Made by a program: the position numbers and the translations under genes
In this document: positions 62,885-64,000 of the stretch, piece after piece
How positions within the stretch are numbered: position 1 is the first letter of the stretch
Layout: every line of letters begins with the position of its first letter
NCBI RefSeq assembly: GCF_026626665.1
Contig: NZ_JAPNKE010000002.1
Span: 3,757,168 to 3,821,167 of the forward strand
Source of the DNA: Nannocystis pusilla
GTDB lineage: Bacteria > Myxococcota_A > Polyangia > Nannocystales > Nannocystaceae
Reading direction: 5' to 3'
Length of the DNA: 64,000 nt
Notes under the pieces: model-generated
What the model was told of the DNA's origin: nothing
Databases searched by the model: none
What the model saw: only the letters and a program-made list of their open reading frames with translations

Positions 62885-63918
62885 GACTCTCGTCCCGGCG
62901 GCAGCTCCGGCGTCCCGCTGGTCTCCTCGACCGCGGGCCGACCTCCGCGCCCCGCCTCGCCGAAGCCCCACAGCGCGAACCGGCCGAGCCGCTCGTTGAG
63001 CAGCGTCGCCGGCCCCGACGTCGGCGAGTCCGACGGGCTCGCCTCGATTACCGCCAGCTCGAGCCGGCTCATCATCGCCGCGTCGAGCGGCGCCAGGTGG
63101 TCGGGCCGCAGGCGCAGCGGGCTCTGATCTGTCCCGAGGAACAGGGCGTGATCGGCCGCCTCGAGCCCCAGCAGCTCGCGCACCAGCTGCGGGCGCACGT
63201 GCGGCCACAGCTCGAACCCGTCGGGCACCAGCACCCCGGGCGCGACCTCGACGATGCGCATCCCCAGCGGGATGATCGCCGCCGCGCCGACCCCCGCCGC
63301 CAGCCCGGCCGTGCCGCCGAGCGACGACCCGGTCAGCACCAGCATCCCTTGCGGCAGCACCGCCAGCCGCGCCGCCGCCAGCGCCATCGGCGGGATCAGA
63401 TAAATCAAGCGCCGCAGCAGGCCCGCCTGCTCCCAGCGGATCAGCGCCCCGCGCGGCTCGCGGATTGACGCCGTCGGCCGCAGCCGCAGCTCGACCTTCA
63501 GCGCCTGCACCGCGGTGCCGCGGGCGTCGCCCGGCTCGTGAGCCCGCGCGGCCACGTCGCTGCGCACGAGGTGGGCCCCGTCGATGAACTGCGGCGCCCC
63601 GTCGAGGCGCTCGACCCGGCCGACGCGGCCACGGAACAGGTACATCTCGTCGCCCGGCAGGCACGACGACGCCGACGCCAAATGAATCGGGTGGCGATAC
63701 CCGATCTCGACCGCCGCGCGCTGCGACACCGGCGCCAGCAGCTCGACCCCCGGGATCCCGTGCAGCACGTCGAGCACCTGCCCGCTCGGCTGGCGCAGCC
63801 GCAGCAGCAGGCTGGCCCGCCGTTCGCCGGCCAGCGCCACGCGGACCCCCGCCAGCGCTACCTGGTTGCCCCACAAGTAGCTCAGGATCCTGTCCGAAAG
63901 GCCAGGTGCCACCAGCAC
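62881..63918 (-). CDS. hypothetical protein with weak cNMP-binding-like and GxSxG (GSSLGG) motifs; 5' end may extend beyond window
   Basis: Track ORF. The motif matches are weak. It is in the same operon as the MoxR/vWA genes. Confidence 0.3.
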   Translation of the reverse strand: MLVAPGLSDRILSYLWGNQVALAGVRVALAGERRASLLLRLRQPSGQVLDVLHGIPGVELLAPVSQRAAVEIGYRHPIHLASASSCLPGDEMYLFRGRVGRVERLDGAPQFIDGAHLVRSDVAARAHEPGDARGTAVQALKVELRLRPTASIREPRGALIRWEQAGLLRRLIYLIPPMALAAARLAVLPQGMLVLTGSSLGGTAGLAAGVGAAAIIPLGMRIVEVAPGVLVPDGFELWPHVRPQLVRELLGLEAADHALFLGTDQSPLRLRPDHLAPLDAAMMSRLELAVIEASPSDSPTSGPATLLNERLGRFALWGFGEAGRGGRPAVEETSGTPELPPGRES

Positions 63919-64000
63919 CAGCGCGATCTCGTGGAGCCCGCACAGTTGCGGGTCGGAGGCGATGCCGGCGAGCGGCAGCGGGATCTGGCGCAGCGACAGC

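Noticed and set aside
62881-63918. Calling the last gene a patatin-like phospholipase with cNMP-binding domain
   Set aside because: Only a GSSLGG elbow and a weak cNMP-like stretch are visible and there is no oxyanion GGGxRG motif. The call is downgraded to hypothetical.

Overview
This is a 64-kb high-GC (about 70%) chromosomal segment; gene content points to a myxobacterium, though that is a guess. Genes are dense on both strands. Seven or more secreted lipoproteins carry Thr-rich low-complexity linkers and Cys-rich or beta-propeller domains. An intact group II intron encoding a reverse transcriptase/maturase lies between a luciferase-like monooxygenase and a GST. Other content: peptidases and hydrolases (M28, S9, amidohydrolase, dienelactone hydrolase, PHB-depolymerase-like esterase), regulators (NarL-type response regulator, TetR, ECF sigma, STAS protein) and a MoxR AAA+/vWA/HEAT-TPR operon. 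Positions 41.4-50.9 kb carry three radical SAM enzymes (one B12-binding, one SPASM-type, one with a Cys-rich C-terminal extension), a translationally coupled 66-aa zinc-ribbon protein, a TPR protein and, 1.4 kb downstream, a secreted Gly/Gln/Lys-rich repeat protein with about 18 [F/W/Y]-G-[K/N/Q] motifs. I interpret this as a candidate GRRM/cyclophane-type (triceptide-like) RiPP system. Three further signals stand out. A self-complementary 10-mer GGACATGTCC, with one-mismatch variants, is massively over-represented; it occurs in phased arrays at gene 3' ends, mostly between convergent genes, and also in-frame inside ORFs. Two high-identity tandem repeat arrays (81-bp and about 74-bp units) flank a sigma-70-like gene lacking region 4. 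About 13 single-base frameshifts in G/C runs interrupt otherwise clear genes, so the assembly is probably draft quality. Coordinates I derived myself may be off by 1-2 nt; where possible they are anchored to the ORF-track frames.
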